64,000 bases of DNA, taken from positions 36,954,001 to 37,018,000 of the forward strand of contig CM097885.1 of assembly GCA_044892525.1 (NCBI GenBank), read 5' to 3'. The position numbers and the translations under genes were made by a program. Source of the stretch: Schmidtea polychroa (taxonomy: Eukaryota). Each line of letters begins with the position of its first letter. The stretch's first letter is position 1. Of this stretch, positions 52,384 through 64,000 are shown in pieces. The notes under the pieces are model-generated. The model saw nothing but the letters and a program-made list of their open reading frames with translations, was not told the DNA's origin and did not search any database.

Positions 52384-52957
52384 GTAATATCTGACAGTTT
52401 TTAAGTACTTTTCTGCTGATTAAGAAAAAATTAATTGTATTAATTAATGACATTTGAAGAATGATAATTAAATATTACATAATTAATTAAACTTACCTAT
52501 TACATAACAATATTTTAAAATCGTAGTTTCGAGATCAGAGGTTATATATGATGTTTGGTGGTTGTTTATGAATGTTGGAATGTATATGTGTTTGCAGGTA
52601 TTCTGGATCAATAATTAATAAACCAATAAACTCCCTCTTTAGATATTATACAATGAAGAGCGATATAATAGTGTGTTGGAGATTTATCTTGGATGATAAA
52701 TTTTTTTACAACTATGTCTCTTCTTAACAATTATATTATTATGCAGAAAACGGAATCAAATTTCTTGTACACCAAACTCCATTGAGATACACTCTATAAA
52801 TCAACTTGATGAATAATTTGTTTACTCAATTTTAGTCATTTTATTATTAATATTTTTACATTTTCAGAAAGTTATTTATTTTATTTGTGGAATTATTTCA
52901 ATTTAAAGTAAATTAGATCAATTTTTTATTTAAAAAACAAACCAATCTTCATAAATA

Positions 52958-53172
52958 CCGTATTAGCCCGAATATAACGCGACCCAGAATTTAGAAAAAA
53001 AATACTCATAAAAAAATTAAAATTAAGGGAAATTCAATCAGATAAGCGTTTGGTTAGGTAATTAAAAGTATAACATAGGTTATATTCATGACAATAAATT
53101 TAATTAATTTAAACCAAAATTTAATAAAAATAAAATGTTAAAAATTGTCGCGTTATATTCGGGCTAATACGG
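52958..53172. mobile_element. Tc1/mariner-superfamily MITE
   Basis: 26-bp TIR CCGTATTAGCCCGAATATAACGCGAC; TA on the left, TG (mutated TA) on the right. Confidence 0.85.
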
Positions 53173-53744
53173 TGTGTATTATGTTAAACATTTCGAGAAA
53201 AATCTACGACAATGAATATAATGAAAATAATCTTCGCCATTTTCATTGACAATTTCCGAGATTCTGTAATAGTATTATATCTTTCAAACTTATAAATAAA
53301 ATTTACAATTTATGCCGTCTTGTAGCGATAACAGACATTGTAGAAAGTGAAGGTACAGCAATATCTGACATCACATGGAGATGATAAATTGAATATAACT
53401 TGTAAATAAATCTTTCAATGTTCTCTTTTCACCTTCGCGAATTGGAAGGGTTTTGGCACAAATTTCTGAAATATATATATATATATATATAATTTATGAA
53501 AACTCTATTCAAACTATGAATTCATTATTTGACTTTCTTATTTTGGGTATACCGAACTTTTTATTTTCTTCAGACTACCTTTAATAAACATTATCGAATT
53601 ATTTACATTGTATATAACTACAAAACACACATAACGGGCTCTAGAACTTATTAATATTTTAAAAATTATTGAAATTGAAATCTTTAAATATCTTGTTATC
53701 ACGAAAAATGGACTTGTCCTACTTTCAAAATAAACTACTCATCA

Positions 53745-54144
53745 TCTAATAAATAAAAATGAAAGTATGTGTGCTTGTATGTCGGGATATATAAACTTCA
53801 AATTATGGGTCAAAGGTAGATGTATTTAATTTTTCAAGTTATAGAGGAAGAAGACCAAATGAACTTCTAATTTAAAAAATGTGAAAATTTTTATCCGAAT
53901 AAATAACACGAAAATTCGCATTTTTAGAAGATTTTAGAACGTTTATTATTTTTTTACATTTTTGTCTTTTTAGTCTCTTTTTATTATTTCATTCTCTCGG
54001 TACGGTGGGGGTATTGTATGGGTTATTAGGGTGAGGTAAGGTGGGATTGTGATTTTTGTGTTAGTTTAACATCCTACATGTGTCCGGTTGTAATATCTTT
54101 TTAATCTTTCAAATAGCTCGGGTAGCGCTGGGTAGCCACGCTAG
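53745..54144 (+). mobile_element. Non-autonomous Helitron (~400 bp)
   Basis: A|TCTAATAAATAAAAATGAAAG 5' end; imperfect GC hairpin GCTCGGGTAGCGCTGGGT followed by CTAG|T 3' end; no TSD. Confidence 0.7.
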
Positions 54145-54926
54145 TTTGTTATAACTTTGGAAATTACGAAAACAAAGTTTTCAAATATTTATTCAACGCA
54201 AACGATTTTTTTATCTCCTTTCTAAAATTGAGTAAGTAGCGATTGCAAATGTAGCCATAAGTACTTTTGAAAGGTATTTCGTAATGCTTGTAATACTTGA
54301 TTCAGTTAGTTCCATAGTTTCCGATATTTTAAATGCAGGGGACCTATATTTTATTCAGAAAAATACCACTGACTCTTGTTAAGGTTGTGCATTCGGTACG
54401 TTCAATAATTAGAGAAACAAATTGTATTTAAGTTAAAAATTAAAATGAATTTTTTTTACAATCACATTTATGAACAACATAGAAAATAGAAAAAAATACA
54501 TATAAATCTAATATCAGTATGTAAAATTCATATTAATACATCAAAGCAGTTTAAATAATTACTTAACTTTATCATTTTCTTTAAGAACCTTTAAGCTAAC
54601 ACACAAAATAAAGGATTAATGAAGTTTATTATCGATTTAACACTAAATATTTTACATAAAATAAGCAATAATTGTTCAATATATGTAAATGTTTTGATTT
54701 CATTTATATATAATAAGTTGTGACTATTAAGAAATAAATTTTAGATAAAACGTTACTTTAACGGTAATAAAATTAATTTTTTTGCAATCGATTTTGGTGA
54801 AATGTAAGATATATTTCTAAATAATTTAAAATTTGAATGTTTGATATTTATTAATGATTTTCAGCTTTTTATTTTATTTTAATTTTAATGTCCCACATGA
54901 TATATTTTGAAAATTATTGGTTTTAA

Positions 54927-55159
54927 CGCTTTCGCACCGACTTTCCGCTAATGACACTATGCTAAATTTATATATTGGAACTTGTTAATATTGACCTAAA
55001 TATGAAATATTCTCATTTTTGTAATCGTGGCGCTTCTGAATATCCTAGAAAGTGCTGGGATAATAAGTCCCAATAGGCTTTTATGGACCATTTGAAAATA
55101 TCCCAGTAGGATCATGATGAAAGTTTCTGGGACGTATTGTCCCAATAGGGGCGAAAGGG
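54927..55159. mobile_element. piggyBac-type MITE
   Basis: TTAA on both sides; imperfect TIRs CGCTTTCGCACC / GGGGCGAAAGGG. Confidence 0.7.
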
Positions 55160-56737
55160 TTAATATAGATTATTTGAATTATACATTTTTGTTCTGATTG
55201 AAAGTCAATATTTAAACAGATCATTCTATTGTTTTTTTCCTTCAGCCACACCTGGTTTAATTAAGTCAATTATAAAACAGGTTTGTATAAAAAACTATAA
55301 ATGAGTCATAATTTGTCAGCAATTATTTTTTCAAATTATGAATTTTGATTTTTCTGAATTCTTTATAATTTAAAGTAAGTTCTAATAATTTTTAACTTAA
55401 ATTTACTTTTTTAATATTATTTATCACATACTTTCCTTTTGAGAAAAAGTATAGTGATGATTTCTTGGTAGCACCATTAATTAAATGTTAAACAATTAAA
55501 TGTTAATTTAAGTCTTGCTGCGAAGTATATATTTAATAAAAAGAAAGAATTATAAAAATAGTCGTTTTCACTTTTGAGAAAAAAAAATTTATAAAAATGA
55601 TTTTTTTAAGTTTTTACCTTGTTTTTTTCAATTTATCATTCCAAATTTGTAAATTATAAAGTTTAACTTTTTGATATACAAAATAACCATTTCAAATGAA
55701 ATTCATCATCATCTTTTTATTTTCTCGATAACTCACAGTTGTAAAATTGAATTCAACTGTGACTTTAGCATTAAATTTTATTTTTTCCAATAATAAAATT
55801 TTAAGATGCTTTGATATCATGTAACATTTGCACATCGTAAATTTACATTTATATTTTAGTCTGTATTGTTTTTGTGTGTTCAACTTTTTCTCACTATTGA
55901 TTTCTGTATAAATGATTTTATTCCATGCAACATTAAAAATCAACATACAAGTAATTTTGTTTTTTTCTATAATACTGTTTTTTTATGTTATAGAACATAT
56001 AATATAGGTGCTTTTATTCCATGCAAATATTTGTATAGTTGATGTCACCACAAAATAATATTACAAAATCATAATATTATATGAAAACCATTGTTGTTTC
56101 TTTTTTATTTAATAGTTTTACTGAATATAAGGAGCTTCTCAATGTACAAATCTCAAAATTTCAAAATTAATAGATCCAATAAATTCAATGCTGAAAATAT
56201 ATATCTTATGCATTATGAACCCAAATCTATATTTACAAAAAGTTACAAACTCATCATGTATTGCATTTTAGTAAGATATCGGTCAATCTAACAACAAAAC
56301 ACAACTATATCTATAATAATTTGTGTAATATACGTATTATTGCAAAACATTTGTTTCTACTTTAAATTCATACGCCTTAAGCATTTTGTAATTCTTGAGG
56401 CGCCCAAAAGATCTTTTTATTCTTGGAATAAGGCAATACTTGAGAACTCCTTCAAATTCTATTATTGATTTGTGATAAAATTGATTTTACCTTTTAAATT
56501 AAATATGTTTTAAATAACATTTTTTTAAAAGAATAACTAGTTTCATAAACTAAAAATAAAACAAATTAATAATTAAATACTAATTAACAAATTTTCAAAA
56601 ATTAAAAATAACTAAATTCGAATTATTTATAAGGAATTCATTTTGAATAATAAATAAATAAGGATTGGTTGCCTAATACCTAAAAAATAGCTGTGGCTAA
56701 GTTTTGTAGTTATCAGAAAGAATTTTAATGATATGTA

Positions 56738-56946
56738 CCGTATATAAATTTTAAGTAAATTTTAAGAGGTTTTTAAGTCCTAAATTGGAAACCCGCGTAT
56801 AAGTCGAAGTAACAAAAATAAAAAAAAGTTTAATGATTTCATTAAAAATTAATTTGTACGTTTTTTGACCCGCGTATAAGTCGAAGTGGCTATTTTGACT
56901 TGAAAATTTGACTTAAATTTCTCGACTTATACGCAAGTATATACGG
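56738..56946. mobile_element. Tc1/mariner-superfamily (Tc2/pogo-like) MITE
   Basis: TA-CCGTATATA...TATATACGG-TA ends; internal ACCCGCGTATAAGTCGA repeats. Confidence 0.75.
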
Positions 56947-57833
56947 TAGTCAAAATAAAGTGTGTTGTAATATTCTATGCAATTACTAATAACAGAATAA
57001 TTTTGATTCTCATCAATAGCTTGTTAAAAACTCGATGGAAACCAGTGATATTTCAATAAGGTCTGAGAGGATGACCAGTTTGCTATCAGACCACAAATAT
57101 ATTACAGTTGGACAATTCTTATCAAATAAGCAGATCCTATAATAGCTTGCAAGCTAGATTAATCATAAACTCATCGCCCAGTGGCGCAAGAACAGGGTAG
57201 AAAAGCAATTAATACTTTAGAGCCTCGACCTAAGAAGGACTTTGCAGAGGCGTATTTCCATATAAAATTAGTTGTTAAATTATCAAATGTTTAAAGAATA
57301 GCTAAATTATTCAAAATAACCCATATTCAATCTATTCCGAAAGTGATCTTTTATTCAATAATAACATACCCGGAAAATATTGTTAAAGGTTTGAAGAATG
57401 AACATTTAGTAAATTAAAAATTATAAAGGCTCATTAAAGAAATTCAATTTGTCAATTACAATTAGGTAATTTAGCCCTTCTAGTTATAGGAAATGAACAG
57501 ACTAGAAATATTAATATTAACATCAATGTTAAAACAACTAAATTTTGCAATGGTACTCGATACGGTAAGTTATAATTGAACGAATGGATGAATGGATTGT
57601 AATTTTAACTAGTTTATTGTATAAAATGAATTAAATTATTATTGGTTAGTTTAAAAATTATATCGAATTTAAATGTGTTAATGAGAATAATAATATTTAT
57701 TCACTTTCAAATAAATCATAATAGTAGACACTATTTTCGAAAATTTCTTAAAAATTTGTTTTTGTACAATTTTTATCAAATCCATTTACTATATTGAATG
57801 GTACTAAATGTAAGCAAGATATTGAAATTTTAG

Positions 57834-57975
57834 GTGCCGGTATTGTATCTGGTAGATCTTCATCATTAGGACCTACTTTCAAAATTCACTCAGAAGAAAT
57901 CGTTGAAAAAGTTAGAGTAAAACGATGTTTCTTGTGCAATAAAAAAACTGGTCTCGCTACAAGCTATGAATGCCG
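57834..57975 (+). CDS. ZFAND4: ZFAND4-like exon 5 (first half of the AN1 zinc finger); gene continues beyond the window
   Basis: RCFLCNKKTGLATSYECR, then CG|GTAAT donor; phase-1 acceptor TTAG. Confidence 0.9.
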
Positions 57976-60299
57976 GTAATTTTATTGAGTTTAAATTATT
58001 AATATTATCGTTGAGATTAAAATTTTTCATAATGGTGTGACATTGTTGACATTGCTGATAAACTCTAGTTTTTATATATTTACTGGTACCAATGCACTGG
58101 ATAATTTTTATATAAATATTTCTCAAAACATTGGATAGTCAATAGATTTTGAGGATAATTTAGCTTTAACATTAATTTTATGAATTGATCATAAAAAATT
58201 TCGAAATATATTAAATTGTACTAGAAAATCGGCCAATTTAACATAATAATGGTCACCAAAATGCGATCATTATCTCGAATTCACACATCTCAAAAAAGTT
58301 ATTAAATCGAAATAAAGGTACCCAGCGCTCTTTAGCTAATGAAAATTTCAAATCTTACAATTTCGTATTTTTCTTATAAATACAAATACATGTTTGAATT
58401 GTCTATATTCTGTATTCTTTTTTTGCGTTAACTAGTAGTGGGATGTGCCAGGCTTAAATAAAAAATAACCCTATAATTTCTTTTTCATTTAATTTCATAT
58501 TTTTAGCAAATCAATCATTTTAGACCTTTTAGTGAGAATTAATTCTTATGCATTTTTACCAAATAACTTTCAATATTGTTAATTAATAATTTAAAATTTG
58601 AAAAAAATCACTTCATTTAAACAAAATATTTTTAAAGAATTTGACTAAATTTAAACAAATGACGCTTATAGGGATTTTTGAAAAAATATACTCTGGGATA
58701 TTTGGATTTGTTTGGGCCTGATACACTATCCATAAAATGGAGAAAGTAATTAATCAATTTTGTCAAATATAATATTTCGAAAATATCATTTAATAATTAA
58801 TAAAATTAGATATCCTTCAAATTACAACTAAACGAAAACATGTACTTTTAATTTTTTTAAATAATATGAAATTAGTGACTTTACATAATAAATTCAATCT
58901 TAATTTTTTGTACGACAATGAAGACATGCTTTATTCATTACAATAACTGTTAATTTACTAGTAGAAAGTCCTAAAACATTTATTTATAATTATTAGAGTT
59001 TCGGCTCGAGCTTGAAAGCTTGGTGTTTTTGTCCAAAATTCGAGTACTCGAGCCCGACCTTTAAAGCTCGACGAGTTTTGATCCTAAAGTAACGGTTTTT
59101 TTGAATTAAATGTCCAATACATTTTTAAAAATTTACATAACGAAAAGTGTTTTAGTATGTGTGTTTACATATTAATTTTTCCAATTTTCTGCTGGCTACA
59201 AAAAACTAAAGTTTAAAAGAAACTTAGTGAAATATCAGTTAATTTTAATAAAAATCACAAATGTTAAGTAAATAACTTAATTTCTAATTATTTTTGCATC
59301 GATTTTAACAAAATTTCAAATATTTAACCACCATAATGTCTTCAACAAGCGATTCGTCCACAAAAAAGCAGTCGGAGCAACATGTATAATTTGTAAAAAT
59401 GCAAAATAAGGAATTCCAAACTCATATACGAAGGCTCGTCATTAATGTAAAATCATCACATCCAGAAAGTGCAATTAAGACTGCCAATAAAGCTCAACCG
59501 TATTTATTGCCATTTATGCAGCGAAAATCCTTGGAATGTCTCGTCGCTGAACTTGCAGCTGTTGATGGATTTTTAATCCGAGGCATAACGAACTCGAAGT
59601 TCATTCTCGAAGCTTTCATTGCAAAAGGTTATCACTTACCAAAATCTGAAACCCAAGTTATGGGTCTACTCTACAAGTTCTACGATCAAATAAAAGCAGC
59701 TGCAATAAAACTTATCTCTGCTGATAAAGAAAATCATCTTAAATTTTCTTTTACTTTTGACGAATGGATCGATGCCACGACTCGGAAATTTCTCAATATC
59801 ACGCTGAATCGGTCAGGTGGAGGTGTTTTGAATTTGAGATTAGTTCGAATTGTTGCCAGTTGTACAGCAGAAATATTGTGTGAATCTGTTGAAAACCATT
59901 TGTTGGCTTTTGGTATCAATCCCACACAAGATATTATGGCTGCAACGGGTGATGGGGGGTCTATTATGTTGAAATTTAGTAGATTAAATCCTTTCATCTA
60001 TCAAGTATGTTTAAATCATGCTTTTCACCTGGGAGTCACTAAGACTTTCTGCAAGAAAAGGAAAAATTGCGCGACACCAATGAATCCATTGAAAATCAAA
60101 CTGTAGTATTTGACGATAACTTTGATGATGATTTTTATTGGAAGGGGCAATGAAGAAATTTTTCTCAACGAGAATATTGATGTGATTCTTGCCTCTGTGG
60201 GTAGAATTGTAATTTTGTTTCGGCGTTGGTCATTTTAAACTGATCTGTTGCATAATAAAATACAATAGATAGACGTTGCCTTTGACCTTATTGATGTCG

Positions 60300-60913
60300 A
60301 TGCAAGAGAAGGAGAAGAAAAAACTCAACAAAAGCTACTTAATGATAAAGTGAAGCTACAACTTAATGTCAAAACCAAGTGGAATATGATCGTTCATATG
60401 ATCATAATTTTTATCCGATACTTTGACCCTATTTAAGCAGCATTAAGCGATCTTGGTGATGACGAAATGTTAAAAGAAATCAACATAAAAATGCTAAAAT
60501 CTCTTGTCGACATCCTGACACCCGTTGAATTGACAGTTTTGGAATTAGGAAAAAAGAGATGCATCTCTTCGCAAAGCTATGGTTTCCATTCAGTTTGTAC
60601 GAGAAAATGCAAGAGAAGGAGAAGAAAAAACTCAACAAAAGCTACTTAATGATAAAGTGAAGCTACAACTTAATGTCAAAACCAAGTGGAATATGATCGT
60701 TCATATGATCATAATTTTTATCCGATACTTTGACCCTATTTAAGCAGCATTAAGCGATCTTGGTGATGACGAAATGTTAAAAGAAATCAACATAAAAATG
60801 CTAAAATCTCTTGTCGACATCCTGACACCCGTTGAATTGACAGTTTTGGAATTAGGAAAAAAGAGATGCATCTCTTCGCAAAGCTATGGTTTCCATTCAG
60901 TTTGTACGAGAAA
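60300..60913 (+). repeat. 307-bp tandem duplication within the hAT transposase
   Basis: 60300-60606 is repeated at 60607-60913, giving identical ORF starts at 60467 and 60774. Confidence 0.95.
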
Positions 60914-61634
60914 AAATATCTCAAAGCTCTTCCGCTATAAGCGTAGAATTATTAGAGAACATAAATGAATATATGGATACAAGAATGGACGAAACTCTTT
61001 TTGATCTCATCGAATGCCTCGATACAGCTTCACTCCCACGAACTTCCACTCTGAAGTATGCATCAGAATTAATGAAACGCCTTTTTGTGACAGCTTAGGC
61101 AACAAATGATGAAAATGATACTACTAATTCTCAAAGTGTGTCAGGTCAGAACGATGGACTCATAAGTTTAGCACAAGAATTATCAAAACGCATAAATTCG
61201 TCTTCTATTCAAAAAATGACTCAGTCAAAATTTGGTAAGTTGAAATAAGAATTTCAAATTTTCAAATCTACAGGAAATCGACCAGAGAATCTAGAGAAAC
61301 TTCGCAATGCCCTTGACACCATTCAACTGACATCAACTGATTCTGAACGAACATTTTCAGTAGCAGGAATTTTTCTTTCAAATTTGCGGTGGAAATTATC
61401 CGATAAGTCATTGGGTGCTTTAGTGTTCCTTAAAATTTATTTCAAAAATACATAATTGTAACCTTATCGATCATTTGGAAAAATTAAAAATGATTGACTA
61501 AAAAATAATCTCTAATTTTTTGTTAAAAAAACTTAAATAATAATATTTTACAATTTTATTGCAGTTATAACGGGAAAATATAAAATTTAATGTTAAAAAT
61601 ATTTGGTCAAAAAATTTAAATTTTTTATACAAAG

Positions 61635-63603
61635 TATTAGCCACAGAGCTAAGGGTATTAATAGAATACATAACTAAAACTATATTAACACGTTTATTAT
61701 AAAAACACAAATATTATTAAAACAAATTATAACGTTAATTTGTTTGAGGAGTTTCTAAAAAATAATAATTAATGTATAAGTAAGGATTTCAGCATACAAT
61801 CAAACATGCACAACGTCATACCATTATTTTAATACAAATTACAAAACGCCTCACATCCCCCTTTTTTCACTTATGTGGTTATTAAATGAATTTTCCATAA
61901 TTACATTTATTTCGTCTTTACAGATTTCTATTTGCAATTGCATTCCAAATCTTTTAAGAAAATCTATACCTCCTATTAACTTTGGGTTTATATCTTTGGC
62001 TACAACGAATTCTACTTTTTTAATATCAGAAATTTTATCAACATTTAATAAAGTTTTACCGAAAATTTCAATCGGGCTATCATTCGCGCATCTTAATTTT
62101 AAATTACTTGTAGTCATATTCAAATTTTAAAAATATTATAATCAATCACACTTATTTTAGCTCCAGTATCTAATAGGCATACTAATTTTACATTATTAAT
62201 CATCATGGTAACACTGGGCCTTCCCAGCATTTTATCGTATACTATTATATCATTCCGTTTATCACGATTAAAAACATTTATTTCATTAGAAGTTAGGGGT
62301 GGGTCTTTAAAAACTTCATCCATACAAAATTTATTAATGTATATATTAATATAATTTCTATAATCAAAAACACCATCACAACAGTTATCATTCAAACTAT
62401 CACAATCATTCAAAATCATACAACCCTTACTCATATCATTAATTACCTTTAATTTATTGCTTCGATCACCTCCTCGTGTGGTGGAGCATTCCCATTATGG
62501 TACTCAAAATCAGCCTCTGGATCCTCGTCACCGAATGCAGCCACTAATTTATGGAATTTTCGACGTCTACCTGGAAATAACACATAGCACTGATGTTTAA
62601 AATGTCCAGATCTTTTACAATGGGCACATTGAATATTGGGGCATTCAGATCTTCTATGACCTTCTTCGTGGCACGCCCAACATAAAAATAGAATAATTGA
62701 AATAGAATAGAATGTTCTCTGGTAAAATCGCCTTTGAATCTTGGATTAGGTTGAGGTTCTGTTGTATATTCATCTTTGAATCTGGGATTAGGTTCTCGTT
62801 CTCGAATTGATCTGTTATCATAACTATATCTTGGTAATCTCTTCTTAACAGCATCAGCATAGCGTTGTGTTTTATTCATTGAAGCTACATCAGCATGAAA
62901 TACATTAATTTCTTTTGAAACTTGATATTGTCTCTTTAATCTTTCATTTCATCAAATGATTTTAAATTTTGCATTTTAAGATCTTTTTTAACTTCTCTAT
63001 CTTCAAGCGAATTGAATAGCAAAAATTTCTTTAGTTCTTCTTCATCAAGTTTATGTTTCAAAAAAAATTTTGCAAGTTTCTCAATTTTTGAGCAGAATTC
63101 TTCGGCAGCTCATTTCCTTGACGATAATTTAGCGCTTCGGTGAGATCATCGATAAGACTTCGGTTCTTGGCAAGCGTTTCTTAATCTTTCTGTATAATGC
63201 TGAGTTTCATTAGTCAACTCATATTTCTTCGTTGAATTGATTGATAGAAAAGCTTTGACGAATTTGCTTCTGTATTCATCGACAATATTTGTCATCTCGA
63301 AGAATCGTTCCGTTTCAAAGATGAAATTTTCCACGTCTGAATCCATGTCATATGTTTCTGGTGGTTTGATAAAATTTGCAATCGTGGTCGCCATATTAGC
63401 CACAGAGCTACGGGTATTAATAGAATCCATAACTAACACGTTTATTATAAAAACACAAATATTATTAAAACAAATTATAACGTTAATTTGTTTGAGGAGT
63501 TTCTGAAAAATAATAATTAATGTATAAGTAAGGATTTCAGCATACAATCAAACATGCACAACATCATACCATTATTTTAATACAAAATACAAAACGCCTC
63601 ACA
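61635..63603 (-). mobile_element. Short Gypsy-derived LTR element (1,969 bp): two LTRs (63394-63603, 61635-61855), PBS, PPT, gag + protease only
   Basis: 5-bp TSD CAAAG (61630-34, 63604-08); LTR ends TG...TA; PBS TGGCGACCACGA (63393-63382); PPT ~61856-61868; LLDTGA protease; no RT or integrase. Confidence 0.92.
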
Positions 63604-64000
63604 CAAAGTAAGGTTTGAAAGCTTGACAAAAATGGCCAAGATCGAGCCGAGCCGAGCCCAAGCCTCAAACACAAAGCTTTCAGAAACTCTAGTAATTATA
63701 TAAAATATTTGCTGATTTTTCAAACTTAAAAATTAAAATTAAAAGGAACTTGTGACAATATTTTTTATATATATAGTAAATTACTGAAGAATACCATATC
63801 GGATAATTACAAAATGCCCGGAACTCTTAAGAAAACCAAGTATGAAATAAATATAAAAATAAACTAAACAAGATTGCTGAATTATTATTAAAATTATTGT
63901 TAACAGACGGCCATTTTTGAATTGTCCTCTGATTATAATATTGAGATTTCCGTTGACTTTATAAAAAGAAGATTGAAAGAAGTCTGGTTAAAAGTTATCG

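Larger units (their letters stand above)
58994..63691 (+). mobile_element. hAT transposon with decayed transposase (~59340-61455), an internal tandem duplication and a nested LTR element
   Basis: TIR TAGAGTTTC / GAAACTCTA; 8-bp TSD ATAATTAT / GTAATTAT; motifs FSFTFDEW, ATGDGG, CLNHAFHLGV, KTKWN, TSTDSERTFSVAG. Confidence 0.88.

Noticed and set aside
52599..52670. Possible extra ZFAND4 exon after TTTGCAG
   Set aside because: The required phase hits a stop within a few codons; exon 4 joins exon 5 in phase without it.

Overview
Very AT-rich eukaryotic (metazoan; planarian-like by composition, short introns and TE families, species not determinable here) DNA dominated by nested transposable elements. 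One host gene is present: a ZFAND4/ANUBL1-like ubiquitin-like + AN1 zinc-finger gene on the + strand (5 exons from 34663 to 57975, last exon beyond the window). The most striking object is a 15.6-kb, essentially non-coding giant palindrome (1886-17453; ~7.3-kb arms, ~0.9-kb spacer). It has Polinton/Maverick-type ends (5'-AGTAG...CTACT-3') and a perfect 6-bp TSD (CTACTC), and it splits the endonuclease region of an RLE-type non-LTR retrotransposon in frame. Next to it lies a rearranged Polinton remnant (19082-30125): C-terminal and N-terminal protein-primed PolB fragments in opposite orientations, the N-terminal one with a 45-nt spliceosomal intron. This remnant also carries an intact intronless tandem-RING gene between ~690-bp inverted repeats, and an intact hAT transposon has inserted into it. 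The rest comprises Ty3/Gypsy remnants, a gag-protease-only LTR element, piggyBac, hAT, Penelope, Helitron and MITE copies, an actin pseudogene fragment and satellites.
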